Below, in pieces: positions 1 to 12,911 of a stretch of 64,000 bases of DNA. Source of the stretch: the human T2T-CHM13v2.0 reference genome, Homo sapiens; assembly GCF_009914755.1 (NCBI RefSeq), contig NC_060938.1. One strand, 5' to 3'. The translations under genes and the position numbers were made by a program. The notes below the pieces were generated by a model that made no database searches, was not told the DNA's origin, and was given only the letters and a program-made list of their open reading frames with translations. Position 1 is the first letter of the stretch, and the number at the start of each line of letters is the position of its first letter.

Positions 1-422
1 GATGAAGAGGAATAGGATCTGGGCCTGATGATGCTGGAAAGGAATCTGGAACTTTGCCTGCTAGCAGTTGCTCTTTATCCAAGATGTAGAGGGATAGCTT
101 CAGGGTTCCATTTTTCTCCAGGCAGCTCCTGAGCATTTATGTGAGATGTGTCTCAGGGCAGCAAAGATTTTCGGGGTTTCTAATCCCTAGGGTCTATCCA
201 TGGGAGGGAGATAGTAAACCTGACACTTCTGTGTATGCCTGGGATAAATATTTTTGTACTGAAACATAAATGAGAAGTAAATTGTATGTACATGTATATG
301 GCAGGGAAGTAGAGCGTGGGGATGGATTTGACTGTGAGAGGGAACCGTGGGGCTACTGAGTGGGACCGTCTAACTTACCTTGCTTTCAGGATAGGGGCTA
401 GGATTGTGTTTTACTCCCATAG

Positions 423-710
423 GTACTTTGAGCCTTGCTAAGACCACCCAGCCCATCTCCATGGACTCATATGAAGGACAAGAAGTGAACATAACCTGTA
501 GCCACAACAACATTGCTACAAATGATTATATCACGTGGTACCAACAGTTTCCCAGCCAAGGACCACGATTTATTATTCAAGGATACAAGACAAAAGTTAC
601 AAACGAAGTGGCCTCCCTGTTTATCCCTGCCGACAGAAAGTCCAGCACTCTGAGCCTGCCCCGGGTTTCCCTGAGCGACACTGCTGTGTACTACTGCCTC
701 GTGGGTGACA
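423..710 (+). CDS. TRAV4: T-cell receptor alpha variable 4, V-exon (leader exon lies upstream of the window)
   Basis: Splice acceptor ...cccatAG|GT at 421-423. Translation [95 protein letters not shown] has the V-domain Cys/Trp/YYC and matches recalled TRAV4. An RSS follows directly. Confidence 0.96.
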
Positions 711-749
711 CACAGTGAGACAGATGGGCCTGCACCTGTGCCGTTTTCC
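711..749 (+). other. 23-RSS of TRAV4
   Basis: Heptamer CACAGTG 711-717, 23-bp spacer 718-740, atypical nonamer CCGTTTTCC 741-749. Confidence 0.85.
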
Positions 750-1458
750 TCTGTGGGGTGGGAGTCACAGCCTAGAAAGAAGTCCAAAAGTGCTTTCTAA
801 AATTTTTATTTTCAAAAGGTATTAGCAAATTTATGTATTCTTCTACTATTTGCAAAATCAATCTTATTTATTTTTTAAATAGGTATTTCACTTATGTGAT
901 CTAAAATTAAAAAAGTATAAAAGGGCATACAGCATGATGTCTTCCTTCCACCATGGTCCCTGAGTACTCAATTATCAAAGTGAGGTATCTGTGGTATTTA
1001 TACTATTGTTGCTAAGTTCACTGGTACTCCTCAGTTTGTGTGTATAGACAGACACACACTACATATACTTTATATGCATACCACGCACAGTCAACATGGG
1101 CAATATGCTTCTTAGCTTTTGAAACATTTAGCCTAAGTATCAGGTTATTATTTATAGCTGCACACATTTTGAACATTTCTGTGGCCATTTCCAAGTATCT
1201 ACATGCTGGTTTCCATGCGTCCCCTGAGATTAGATCTCTCACTCTCTCTGTTGCCTGTCTTTCTCTTTTCTTTTGTCCCACTTCCCTATTGTGGATGGTA
1301 TGTAATGGAAAATGGAGGTGATGGTAGAGGAGGAGATGGGAGAGAATTTGTTTCTGATTTGCATTGTAGACTATTTTTGAAACATCTAAATCAGAAATGG
1401 ATTCTGGATCATTATTAGTTTTTAAAGTTGGGTTCTTTGAGGCTCCAAAGAGAGAAGA

Positions 1459-2068
1459 ATAACAGAAAATTTGCTGAAAATCCTGCTTGGGCTCCTGAGG
1501 CTTCATTAGGATCATGGGGTATGTTTTTGTTTGTTTGTTTTTTGTGGGATGTTGTCTCTGATTTTGATCACAAGGAAAGCAATATTTGATAATTTTTTTA
1601 TTGAGAATGAGAGGATCAGGCTATGTGGCAGGAGGAGGTTTCCATCTAGTTCATCTGAGGGTTTGGTGGGGGAGTAGTATTGTGGAAAGAAAACAAACAT
1701 TTGTAGAGTATTCGAGCCTATACACTCATCTCCTTTGTCTGACTTCTCTACACAGTGACGAGGAGCTGGCAGAAAGTGGGAGTCCTGGTCCCCAAATGTC
1801 CAGGATGCAGCCAACTCTTCTCTGAAGTGCTCCACTATTTCCAGTACTTCATGTGGCACAGACAATATCCTCAAAAAAGCCTAGGGTTTCTGATTTTCAT
1901 ATTCTCAATGGAGAAAATGAGGAAGGAATATTTACAGTTCATTTGAATAAAGACAATGAATACACCCCTTTGCACAAAACAGACCCAAAGGCTGGCGACT
2001 CTGACACCTACATCTTTGTGAGAAGCTCAGAGTGATTCCAAAGTCCCTGGAGAGCCTCTGCCCAAAGC
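1459..2068 (+). pseudogene. Decayed TRAV pseudogene, TRAV12-like
   Basis: Leader relic 1459-1513 (ITENLLKILLGLLRLH*D; ATG->ATA, donor reads ATGGG). Acceptor AG at 1754-1755. Frameshifted V pieces: NVQDAANSSLKCS / YFQYFMWHRQYPQKSLGFLIFIFS / NGENEEGIFTVHLNKDNEYTPLHKTDPKAGDSDTYIFVRS (2nd Cys TGT->TTT). Broken RSS: CAGAGTG 2028-2034, 25-bp spacer, GCCCAAAGC 2060-2068. Confidence 0.85.
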
Positions 2069-2585
2069 CGCACTCCAGTCATAAGAGTTGAGAGAGTGGG
2101 ATAGAGGGACATCTCTGTAATGTTCCTGCCTACTTATGAAAATCAATACCCACGTATGAGAGGCTGTGTGGGATTATCTAAAGAAGATACTATACTATTC
2201 TGTAGATAATTGATCTGGAAAAGGTGGAATATTGGATTGGAAAATTTCAAAATGTTTTCTACCCACTTGGAGTTCATCCCATGCCTGCTCTTGGGATCTT
2301 GGTTGGATGATGCCTTTGGGGTAGTCCAGAGGAAAAGAGCTGTGCTGTGGAGATGGGGAGCCGGGTTACGGTCCAGGTTGTTTCAAGGAGGAACTGACTG
2401 TGAGGAAACAACACAACTAGCTTTTGTTTCAAGGTCTGCTTTTATGAACAGGTATCTGTATGTTAGCCATTTTGGAAGAAAGAGTTGAACAGCCACTGAG
2501 GGATGGTAGAAGGGGCACTCTAATTCTAGTTGTACTTTATTTTTACTACATGCTCTGGGCAGCAAAACAGACTGGAAAAATAATC

Positions 2586-2780
2586 AGCTCTAAAGCCAGG
2601 CATTCCTGGGTTTGAATCTGAGATCTCCTGCTGTAAAGAGTTTGACCTTAGTCAAATACTTTTGGCATTTGAGCTTTAATACTTTGTCTATAAAATGAGG
2701 GTCATAATACTATTTTTCCAGGGTTCTTCTGTGGTTAAAAGACTATCACTAAGAATGTCCTGGTTTAATCAGCACTCATC
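2586..2780 (+). mobile_element. MIR (degenerate SINE)
   Basis: cctgggtttgaatctg...tttgtctataaaatgagggtcataatac resembles the MIR core. Confidence 0.55.
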
Positions 2781-3034
2781 AGATTAATGCTATCTATATC
2801 CTGCATTATCATTGCTATTAAACCTCACCTGCCAACCCAAAAAGCTGTTTGGAGGATGACATCACATACCGGGTGTTCAGACTCTTCAGAAACTGAAAAA
2901 GACCTGAGCCAATACAAGAACATTTTTTTGGGAGTTAAAACTCTTGGTCTGTGACAGATCAATAAATTGATCAATAAATTGATCTGCTATTTCTCTGTAG
3001 AAAGATCACATGATTTTTTTAAACAAAATGATGT

Positions 3035-3217
3035 CCCCTCAGAAGGGGAGATGTTGGGAGGGGAAAGGGAGATGCAAAATTACTTGTTGGGTACAATGTA
3101 CACTACTTGGGTGATGGGTGCACTAAAATCCTTGAACTCACCACTATAGAATTCATCTATGTAACCAAAAACCACGTTTACCCCTAAAGCTATGAAATAG
3201 AAAAAAATTTTAAAAAT
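3035..3217 (+). mobile_element. L1 (L1MA-type) 3' UTR fragment
   Basis: ttgggtacaatgtacactacttgggtgatggg...gtaaccaaaaaccac...cccctaaagctatgaaatagaaaaaaa. Confidence 0.7.
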
Positions 3218-3439
3218 GAGGCCAGGGTCATACCATTATTTTTTTCTCTGAGAGAGAAACAGCCAAAATTATTTCATTTGGAACTCATTAGTACATTTAC
3301 TCAGCAAATGTTTATTTTGTATTATGATGTGATAGGCAATGATGTAATGGAGGAAGTACCTTATTCTCCAATATAGATAAGTTTTCTGCACAAACGCAGG
3401 TTTTATTCTTCTGTGGGCAGACAACACAAACAAAGAAAC

Positions 3440-4480
3440 AAATGATTTCCAAATATAAGTGGCATTTGGAAAACAAAATAGGGTAATGTGAAGGAGAATC
3501 ATGGTGGTTATGGAGGTCATTTAGTGGTGACATTTGAGCTGAATCTTGAATGACAGAAAAATGACAAAACCATTTAAGACCTGGGGTAAGAAAGAGTTTT
3601 CAAATGCAACAATGGTCCTTAGGCAGAGCATGTTTGCTGCATTTATGACAGAAGCTGGTGTTCCCTGAATATAGTGAGAAGGAGAGTGGTAGGAAATAAT
3701 GTCAAAAAGGTAGTTATGGACTTGAAAATACAAAGCCTTGTAAATCATGGTTAGATTCAGATTTTATTCTACATGTATTGGGAAGTATTTGACTACCTAA
3801 TTTATATTTTAGAAGGATCACTCTTCGTGCTCTGGGGAATGGCTCATAGGGTTGGCATGGGGAGAGACTAGGGCACAAAGACAGTTAGAATTTGCAGGGG
3901 ACCCAGTGAGACCTGATGGAGGTATAGACTAGGTGGTAGAAGTGGGAATGAAGAAACATGGATGAATTAACTTATATTTTGGAGGTAAAAAATAGATCTT
4001 AATGATGATTTGTATATGGCAGATGGGGAAAAAAAGAGAGTCGATGATGACTTTTAAGTTTTTGGCTTATGTAGTTACATGGAAGATGAGATAGGGAATT
4101 CTGAGAGAGGAAATATTTTTGATTATAGTAGGCAGGTAAAAGTGTCATTTCAGATATGTTAAGTTAGAGATGTCTATAAGGCATTCAACTGTAGTTGTTG
4201 ACCAGGGAGTTCCATATTGAGCCTGGAGCTAACAGAGGACATAGCTGGCCTATGGGATAGTGTTCAAGCCACGCATTGAATGAGATCACTTAGGGAAAGA
4301 GTGTGGATGGAGAAGAGGTTCTTAACCTGAGCACTTGGACTGTCAGTTGAGGTTTAATAGCGAAGGAAAAATCAGCAAAGGAGATCGAAGTCTATTAGTG
4401 AATTGGAAGGGAAGCCAATAGAATGTGCTGTCACAGAAGGCAAAACAAGAAAATGTTTCAAGGAGTGGTCAATTGTGTCT
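3440..4480. mobile_element. L2 LINE fragment (old)
   Basis: Purine-rich L2-like motifs (gacatttgagctgaatcttgaatga, ttagaaggatcactct, gaatgtgctgtcacagaagg). Confidence 0.6.
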
Positions 4481-5308
4481 ACTATACTACTTCTGGGTTT
4501 GGGTGGGAGCTTATAGTGTGAAAAGAAGAATTAGTCAGAAGAGACAGATGGAAAATAACTTCAACTGGAAAGGATTAATGATATAATCCATTAGTGTTCT
4601 TATTCCTGCATTTAAAATTTTCATGAAATTTTATATATTGACTTTTTTTCTTAATGGTTTCTGGCGTTGGTATCACTTAAAAAGGCCTTTGTTGCCTTGC
4701 TATTATAAATAACCTTCAATTTATATTTCTTCTATAATTATGTTAGTAGCTTTGTTTTCATACATGGAAACTTTGTGGACAATCATAAACTTATTTTTAG
4801 AATACGGAGTGGAGCAGCGACCCAGTTTTATTTTTCCCCAATATTTATTGAGCGACGCATCCTGTCTTCACTAATCTGAAATTGCGTATTTCTCTAAGAA
4901 TTTGGGTCTCTGTCTTGACTCTATCTGTCCTCTCATTGCTATTTGTGCACATATTCCATGCTCATTTAATTACTTGACAAATTATTTGATAAATTATTTC
5001 AGTAGTATTGGACCCAGTTTATGTACTTTCCTGCTTTAATTTGGCCATTGTTTTCTGCTCAGTGTTACCGCTAATCCTCCGGGAAAACTGCCTAGTACAA
5101 ACTGCATTCTCTAATCTGGAGAGAGAAAGTTAAACTTCTGTAGGAAAAAGTTGCCTCAAGTCATAGTTGCGTTTGCTGAGGGGCAGGGACCACTGAAGTG
5201 GCTCTCCTGATCTCTCATGTTACTTGCAGGCAAAGGAGAATTTACCATGAAACTCCTCATTTCAGAGGCATTTTCCAAAATTTCTTTAGTGGGAGGTCCT
5301 GTAATGCT

Positions 5309-5540
5309 GCAGTTCCCAACCTTTTTCGCACCAGGGACTAGTTTCATGGGAGACAATTTTTCCACAGACCAAGGGAGTGAGGATGATTTCGGGATGAAAC
5401 CATTAGCTCATCAGGAATTAGTTAGGTTCTCATAAGAACTAGGCAACCTAGATCCCTCTCATGCACAGTTCACTGTAGGGTTTGCGCTTCTATGAGAATC
5501 TAATGCCACTGCTGCTCTGACAGGAGGCAGAGCTCAGGTA
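5309..5540 (+). mobile_element. MER1B DNA transposon fragment (hAT-Charlie)
   Basis: cccaacctttttcgcaccagggactagtttcatgggagacaatttttccac...ctatgagaatctaatgccactgctg matches recalled MER1B. Confidence 0.75.
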
Positions 5541-6643
5541 GGTTTTATGATCAGAAAAATATTAAACAAAATTTAACAGCCTTGGAAAAGTTATTTATAA
5601 ACATTGCATTTTATTTAAGAGGTTGAATATATACATTGTTTTGCCATTTTGAATTTATTAGCAGTGTGGCAAAGTTAGCTTAATTTGCTATTAGTAAAAC
5701 TGAAAACCATTTGATAAGCTCTTAGAATTATGCTAATTTGTCTGAACGGTAGTAGAAGCTATTTTAATTAAAAACTGTAGCTATATAGTTTAATCTATAT
5801 AGTTTAACCCTCATAATTTGATAGAATTGAGATCATAGGTGTTGTGAAGTATGACTAATGCCCTAATATAAATAAACAAGTAATAAACTGTCATAAACAG
5901 TCTCAATATACTCTGAATTCTTTCTTCCAACAGATTTAATTTGTATAGACAATAGTAATACATTCGGATAAAAATTCCAAATTTGATTTCACTTATACTT
6001 GTTGATGTTTGTAATGAGAGAGTCTTTCTGCGTATGTTAAAATTCATATGTTAATAGGTGTTTTAAGGAGCTTGTAAAAAGAGATGACTATGGAAACACA
6101 TAATTACCCTAAATTTTCATCTTTCATTTGAAAACAAATTTCTCTTAAATTTAGGATTTTTAAACAACCTATTATCTGTCTTTGATCAAATGGAAATTTA
6201 ATATATGTAAATAGGCACCGATGTTTGCAAGTAAACGGCATAAAGAGTGGTAAAGTAAGTTATGTGAGGGATGTTTTTTAAGTAACAAGAAGAAAAAATG
6301 TTATGATTTGTCGGTAATATGTATAAAATAACACTGTGAATATTTGGGAAATACACAAATGAGAAAAAAATTTAAAAATGCTGTTTGAAGGTTCCAAACA
6401 GTGACAAAATATAAGAATATACTGCGGGAGATATGTCACTTGGACAGAAACACACTGAGTGAAGTCCCTGTATGGTGTATGGCACATGGAAATGAAGCTC
6501 AAGCAGAAAGCAGCTGTCTTATTGGATTTAGGAGTCAGAGTTTGGAGTTCGGTGCTGACAGAGTAGCTGAAATTCAAGGGGGGATCCAGGAAAAGAAGGA
6601 TCCACAGTGTGAGGAGTTACAAAATCTTACAAAGCCACACTTA

Positions 6644-7027
<384 letters not shown>

Positions 7028-7068
7028 TTATATATAAATAAATTATTCATGTCCTTTACTCACTTTTT

Positions 7069-7882
7069 AAACCCCATAAAAAAAGTGAGTAAAGGACATG
7101 AATAATTGTTTAAAAGAAGACATAGAAATGGCAACAAGCATATGAAAAAAGGCACAGCATCAATAATCGTTAGAGAAATGCAAATTAAAAGTAATGAGAT
7201 ACCATCTTACACCAGTCAGAATGGCTATTATTAAAAAGTCAAAAAAATAACAGACATTGGCAAGGATGCAGAGAAAAGGGAATGCTTATATAATGTTGGT
7301 GGGAATGTAAATTAGGATGACCTCTGTGGAAAACAGTATGGAGATATCTCAAAGCAATAAGAATATAACTACTATTTGATCCAGCAATCTCACTACTGAG
7401 TGTTATTCAAAGAAAAGGAAATCATATCAAAAAGATACATACATTCATATGTTTATCACAGAAGTATTCACAATAGCAAAGATATGGAATCAACCTAATT
7501 GTGGGATAAAGAAAATATAGTATATAGACACAATGGAATACTATTCAGCCATACAAAGAATGAAATCATGTCTTTTGCAGCAACATAGATAGAACTGGAA
7601 GCCATTATCTTAAGTGAAACAACTCAGAAACAGAAAATACTGTATGTTCTTACTTATAAGTGGGAACTAAATAACGTTTACACATGGACACAGAGAGTGC
7701 ATAATAGACACTGGAGAGTCTGAAGGGTGGGAGAGTGGGAGGGGGGTAAGAGATGAGAAATTACTTAATAGGTACAATGTACATTATTCAGGTGATGGCT
7801 ATACTAAAAGCCTAGACTTTATATTCATGTATAAGAAATGCACTCGTAGCTCCTAAATTTATACAAGTTAAAAAAAATAAAA
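7069..7882 (+). mobile_element. L1 (L1PB/L1MA-type) ORF2 3' end and 3' UTR
   Basis: agagaaatgcaaattaaaag...gagataccatcttacaccagtcagaatggc...gggtgggagagtgggagggg...aaaaaaaataaa. Confidence 0.85.
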
Positions 7883-8689
7883 CTATCCCTTGGTTGATTC
7901 TTGGGCTGTGCAGGCATAAGACAAGACTCTAAGAAAGTAAGTAGAAAACAGCAGCCAGATGGCTGAGAGAAAAGATTTTAGCAGTTACCCTCAACTAGGG
8001 CAATAGAATTTTAAATGCAAGTGCTGCCAAGTGAAAGAGGTTTGGTAAAAACTTAGGCTTTCTAATGAAAACCCAGAAGGACCACGCCCTAGAAATAAGA
8101 ACAATACTCTGGGACTAAAGGGTATACCCTACAAATAGGTCTATACCCTAGAACAAGGACATTTAACAATAAATTAATGCTGTGAGTGTATGTTATCAGC
8201 AGTCATACTTCAAAAATTATAAAGTATTTTTGTTAGGTGGTTTGTTGACTGAAGGGGAATGATATCAGATGGAATTTATGACCCAAGGAAGTAATAAAGA
8301 ACATTAAAAATAGTAACTATGTGGAAACATTAAAAAGAGATTACTTTTCTAAGTTTTTCAAAATACAGTTGACAAATGCAAAAATAATAACAATGTATTA
8401 CACCGTTAATAACATATATAAATAAAATCAACAGCAATAACACAAAAAACTGAAGGGGCATAGGATTAAACTGTTGTAAGATTCTTGCATTATGTATGAA
8501 GCCGTATAATATTAATTCAAGAGAGAATCTGATGAACTGAGGATGCATATGATAATCTGTAGATAAACAATTAAAAAACCAAAGCAAAAAGGTTTAGCTA
8601 ATAGCCAATGGGGGAAATAGAATGAACGAGTATAGAAACTTCTCAAATAAATCAAAAGAAGGGAGAATAAAGGGCATATTAACAAAGAC

Positions 8690-9515
8690 TAGAGGAAAAA
8701 CATAGAAAATGGATTATCATTGTAGATTCAAACCAAATAAAAATAATTACATTAAATGTAAATAGCATAAACATTCCAAATAAAAGGGAGATTTTCTCAA
8801 ACTAGACAAAAAGACACAATTGTATGTCATTCACAAAAAATGTACTTTAAAGACAAAGATGAGTTGAAAGTAAGAGGCAACCTATGCCATGCAAATAGCA
8901 ACCATAAGAAAGCTATGTGTCTTTATTAATATTAAATAATATTTGAAAATGAGGGGTGTTATGAGATAAAAGCGTTATTTAATAATAAACAGAGGGTCAC
9001 TTGATCAAGAAGAGATAATATTCTCTAAATGTTTATGTACTGATAGTAGAGTTATAAAATATATGAAACCAAATTAACAGAATTAAAGGAGAAATAGGCA
9101 AATCTGTAATCAGAGTTGGAGACTGTAAGTCTCCTCTCTAGTAATTGATAGAACAAGAAGACAGAAAGTCAGTAAAAATATACAAGGCTGGAACAATCAA
9201 CTAGATCTAATTGACATTTATAGAGCACTATACCCACTAAGTGCACTATATACATTCTTTTCAAGTACACACAGAACGTTCATCAAACAGACCATATTTT
9301 TAGATGTAAAACAGTCTCAATAGATTTGAAAGGATTAGAATCCTACAGTTTTCTCACCACAATATAATTAATTTAGAAGTCAGTAACAAGGTATACAGTA
9401 GAAAATCCCCAAATATTTGCAAATTAAGCAATATACTTCTAAGTCACCCATTGATAAAAGAAGAAATTGCAAGGAAAGTTAGAAGATATTTTGAAGTAAA
9501 AAATGATAAAATATA
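8690..9515 (+). mobile_element. Old L1M, degenerate ORF2 endonuclease region
   Basis: aataattacattaaatgtaaat...ctagatctaattgacatttatagagcactatacc...tacattcttttcaagtacac. Confidence 0.65.
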
Positions 9516-9829
9516 GCCCGGGCGCGGTGGCTCATGCTTGTAATCCTGGCACTTTGGGAGGCTGAGTTGGGCGGATCACCTGAGGTTGGGAGTTTGAGAC
9601 CAGCCTGACCAACATGGAGAAACCCCGTTTCTACTAAAAATGCAAAATTAGCCGGGTGTGGTGGCACATGCCTGTAATCCCAACTACTCGGGAGGCTGAG
9701 GCAGGAGAATCTCTTGAATCTGGGAGGTGAAGGTTGCAGGTGAGCCGAGATTGTACCATTGCACTCCAGCCTGGGCAACAAGAGTGAAACTGTCTCAAAA
9801 ACAAACAACCAATCAAAACAAACAAAAAA
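9516..9829 (+). mobile_element. Alu (AluS)
   Basis: Full dimeric Alu with an A/C-rich tail. Confidence 0.93.
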
Positions 9830-9944
9830 CCCCTTAAAATTTCACAGAAAAATTCTAGGCTCAGGTAGCTTCAAAGGTGAGTTGAATAGAACATTTAATG
9901 AAGAATTAATTCTAACCCAACACAAAACAGAAAATAGAAGGAGG

Positions 9945-10080
9945 GCAGTCCGGCCCCATCTGTAGTCATCCACATTGAATCATCAGCATCAGCATCACCT
10001 TGGAATTTGTTAGAAATGCAGAGTCTTAGGCCAAACTCCAGTTCTGGTGATTCAGGATTCTCATTGTAGCACAGTTCCTG
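9945..10080. mobile_element. MER5A-like fragment
   Basis: cagcatcagcatcaccttggaatttgttagaaatgcagagtcttaggcc. Confidence 0.6.
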
Positions 10081-10272
10081 AATTTGTACATTTTGTTCAG
10101 CAATGTGGTCCTGAAGTGAGGAAGTAAACAGAATGATGAAGGGAGGTGGGAAAAATATTTTTTTCAAGTTCTAGTTTTTTTTTAAAAACTAGTTAATTGT
10201 TTTATTTTGTTGAGACTCTAAACTTACCTTAGATTCAATTTTTTTAAATTTGTGAGTGAGATTGGGCTAGAA

Positions 10273-10476
10273 CAGTGGTTCCCCTGTGGGAGCAATTTTA
10301 TCCTTCAGGGGATATTTTGGAATATCTGGAGATATTTTTTATTGTCGTACAGAGAGTTGAAACTGGCATTTAGTGGAGAGAGGTCAGAGATGCTCTAAAC
10401 ATCCTAAAATGGACAGGAGAGCTTCCAACCAAGAATTATTTTGTACAAATGTTAGTGCTAATATTGACAAACTGTG
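10273..10476 (+). mobile_element. MER20 DNA transposon
   Basis: cagtggttcccc...caggggatattttggaatatctggagat...gaggtcagagatgctctaaacatccta matches recalled MER20. Confidence 0.75.
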
Positions 10477-12710
10477 GACTACAGAATCCTAAGGGTCCTA
10501 ATAGCTCTGAAATTCTGGGATCCAATTTAACTGAAAAAACATTCACTGAATACTGTGTGCCAAGTTATTATGGTCTTACATTGGTGTGCCAGCGGGGAGA
10601 CACTGTCCCACAGCATGGGCATACACTATCTGGCCCCTAACCATGTATAAGACCATTGATCTATGCCAACCAGACAATACATGTTCAGAATTTTGAAAAG
10701 AATAGGAAAGCTAGGGTCAGCCACTCTCATACTACAAGGAAATCAGTAATTCACTCTCTGACATAAGTAAGAGTAGGCCAAGGACTGTTTATAACTAACC
10801 TCATCACTCAGGTGTACTTTCTATTTCATATTATTAATAACAAATTATACTCATTATCCTGTATTTATAAATATAATGTGCATCACATACAGAGTGAAAG
10901 AAAAAATGACCAAGGGAAAGAAAAAGTAGATAAATTGGGAGCAAAATGAACATTGCTTATGCATATTGAAATCCATGTCAGTACTAGAAAATAAAGCTAT
11001 TCCATGCCATTGTTTTTGACAATAAGGCAATATTTTATGAAAAAATCATAGGGGTAGAAATTTTTCCAGACCATAATTGTGAGTAGTGTTATAGTAAATA
11101 GGTGGAACAGAAGCAGACCACCTAACGACTAGTATTTTCAACTCTGCATGCTATATATCCGAAGGACAGATATTGACCTAAACTGTTAAGAAAAGTTCAA
11201 GGAAAATGCAACTAAGAAATATGATAAAGGATCTGGGAATTATATGATATGATGAATGAGTAAAAGGATAAAACAATTTAAATGAAAACTTTAAATAAAT
11301 ACATTTGATGTATATAAATCTAAATACATTTTGTAATATGTACATATCTTTGTATTTTAGGAAAGTGATTCTGTATAATCACACTTGAGATATATTAGTT
11401 ATGCCATGCAGATGAGGAATTAGATTAATTTTCTACATTGCTTGGAGATCTACTAAGTCAAAGCACAGGGAAGGGACTCCAACTTGTGAAAAACAGTCAG
11501 ACCAAGTTTCCCTGGACGGAGAGTAAATTTGCCATTGTCAGTTTCCTACATATATTATGCTACTAACAGGCATTGGTTTTATGCTTACTTATATTTATTA
11601 TTACAGGAATGAATCAGAAAGACTAAAGAAATTAAAATAGATGATGTAGGGTTTGGATAGAAAATTTAAAATACTGAAGGACTTTATCACAGGGGAATAT
11701 CCAAACAATGATTTTAGCAATAGACAATAAAATCGAGGGAAAAGTTTTTGGGTCTGAAATCTGAGTTAGCAGTGCCCAGGGTAACAGGAGGGGAAATTCC
11801 ACTACAGATCATTCATTATTCAGTGATCACATTTGAGGACAAGCCACTCATTCTGACAATAGGAATAAGAATACACTTGGAAAAGATGTACATTTGTTTA
11901 CATTATCTCAATCTGTAGTCTGATGTTTCCTGAGATGTTTCCTCTTTTATGTCAATACTTTGCAATAAGTAAGCCACATATCCGTAATTTCAGATGATCT
12001 GTTCTTCCAGAGGAAAATATTTCAGAGTGCATGTCAGATTTTTCATCACAATCTATAGGCTAAACTCTTTCCTTTCATTAGACCAATATTATTAACTCAT
12101 GGAAGCCTTTCTACCTCCTTTTATCTTTTATTGTATAATTTAGTCATTTTGAAGAAAACAACACTCATGTTTTGACCTCTGGCACTGTCAATTTCCTGGG
12201 AATGGCAAGAACAGGAACAAGGCCAGGCTTGGAGGAGCAGAGCCTGAGATAGCATGCATCTGATATATTTAGTGAACCTGTCTTACTCCAATTTTTGTGC
12301 TTAAATGCTAGCTTCAGAAAGAGTTTTCCTCTGTGAGTGCTGAAACAGGATGGCTAATTTGGCTGATTGATTTTCTGGCCAATTCAAAAAATAGTAGAGG
12401 GATAAGGAGGAAACGTTTTATACCTCAGCAACTTTGTAGACTGAATCATGGCATTTTCTTAATTTCAAGAAGACTGTCATTAATAAACATGAAAAACCTC
12501 TAACTTCTTCAAATATATTTAACGTGACTCAGTAGTGTGCCGAGAAGATGCAATGGAATTCTAAAACCTACGTTTGCACTTTTTCTGTCTGCTAATCCAC
12601 ATAATTTCTGACTGGAGGTACACTTGGAATTTACTTTATTTGGCCTTCTGCTGTTTGATGTGCCAGAATCTCCCACAGATACAGGATAATTGGTTTAGCG
12701 TTTGGGGATC

Positions 12711-12729
12711 TGGCCACAAGGTGGCAGAG
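12711..12729 (+). promoter_or_regulatory. CTCF-like motif in TRAV5 promoter
   Basis: TGGCCACAAGGTGGCAGAG versus consensus TGGCCACCAG(G/A)(G/T)GGC(A/G); ~200 bp upstream of the ATG. Nearby TGACG half-CRE 12789-12793 and RUNX AACCACA 12827-12833. Confidence 0.7.
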
Positions 12730-12911
12730 CTTCTCTGCTCATGTAGAATGTACGAAAGGATCCTTTTGGTTGACTTCTGTGAGTAGGCTGACGACAGAAG
12801 CAGATGCCTCTGTGGACAGTTTAAGAAACCACAGTGCTTTGGAGGAAAGGAAGAGATACTTGATAATATAGCTCTCTTGGCTGGAGATTGCAGGTCCCAG
12901 TGGGGAGAACA

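Noticed and set aside
1018-1515. 165-aa minus-strand ORF and other short non-V ORFs in the track
   Set aside because: No recognisable domain or splice context; low-complexity or repeat-derived, consistent with chance.
12830-12836. Perfect CACAGTG heptamer in the TRAV5 promoter (another at 1751-1757)
   Set aside because: No credible nonamer at 12- or 23-bp spacing; a 7-mer is expected several times by chance in 64 kb.
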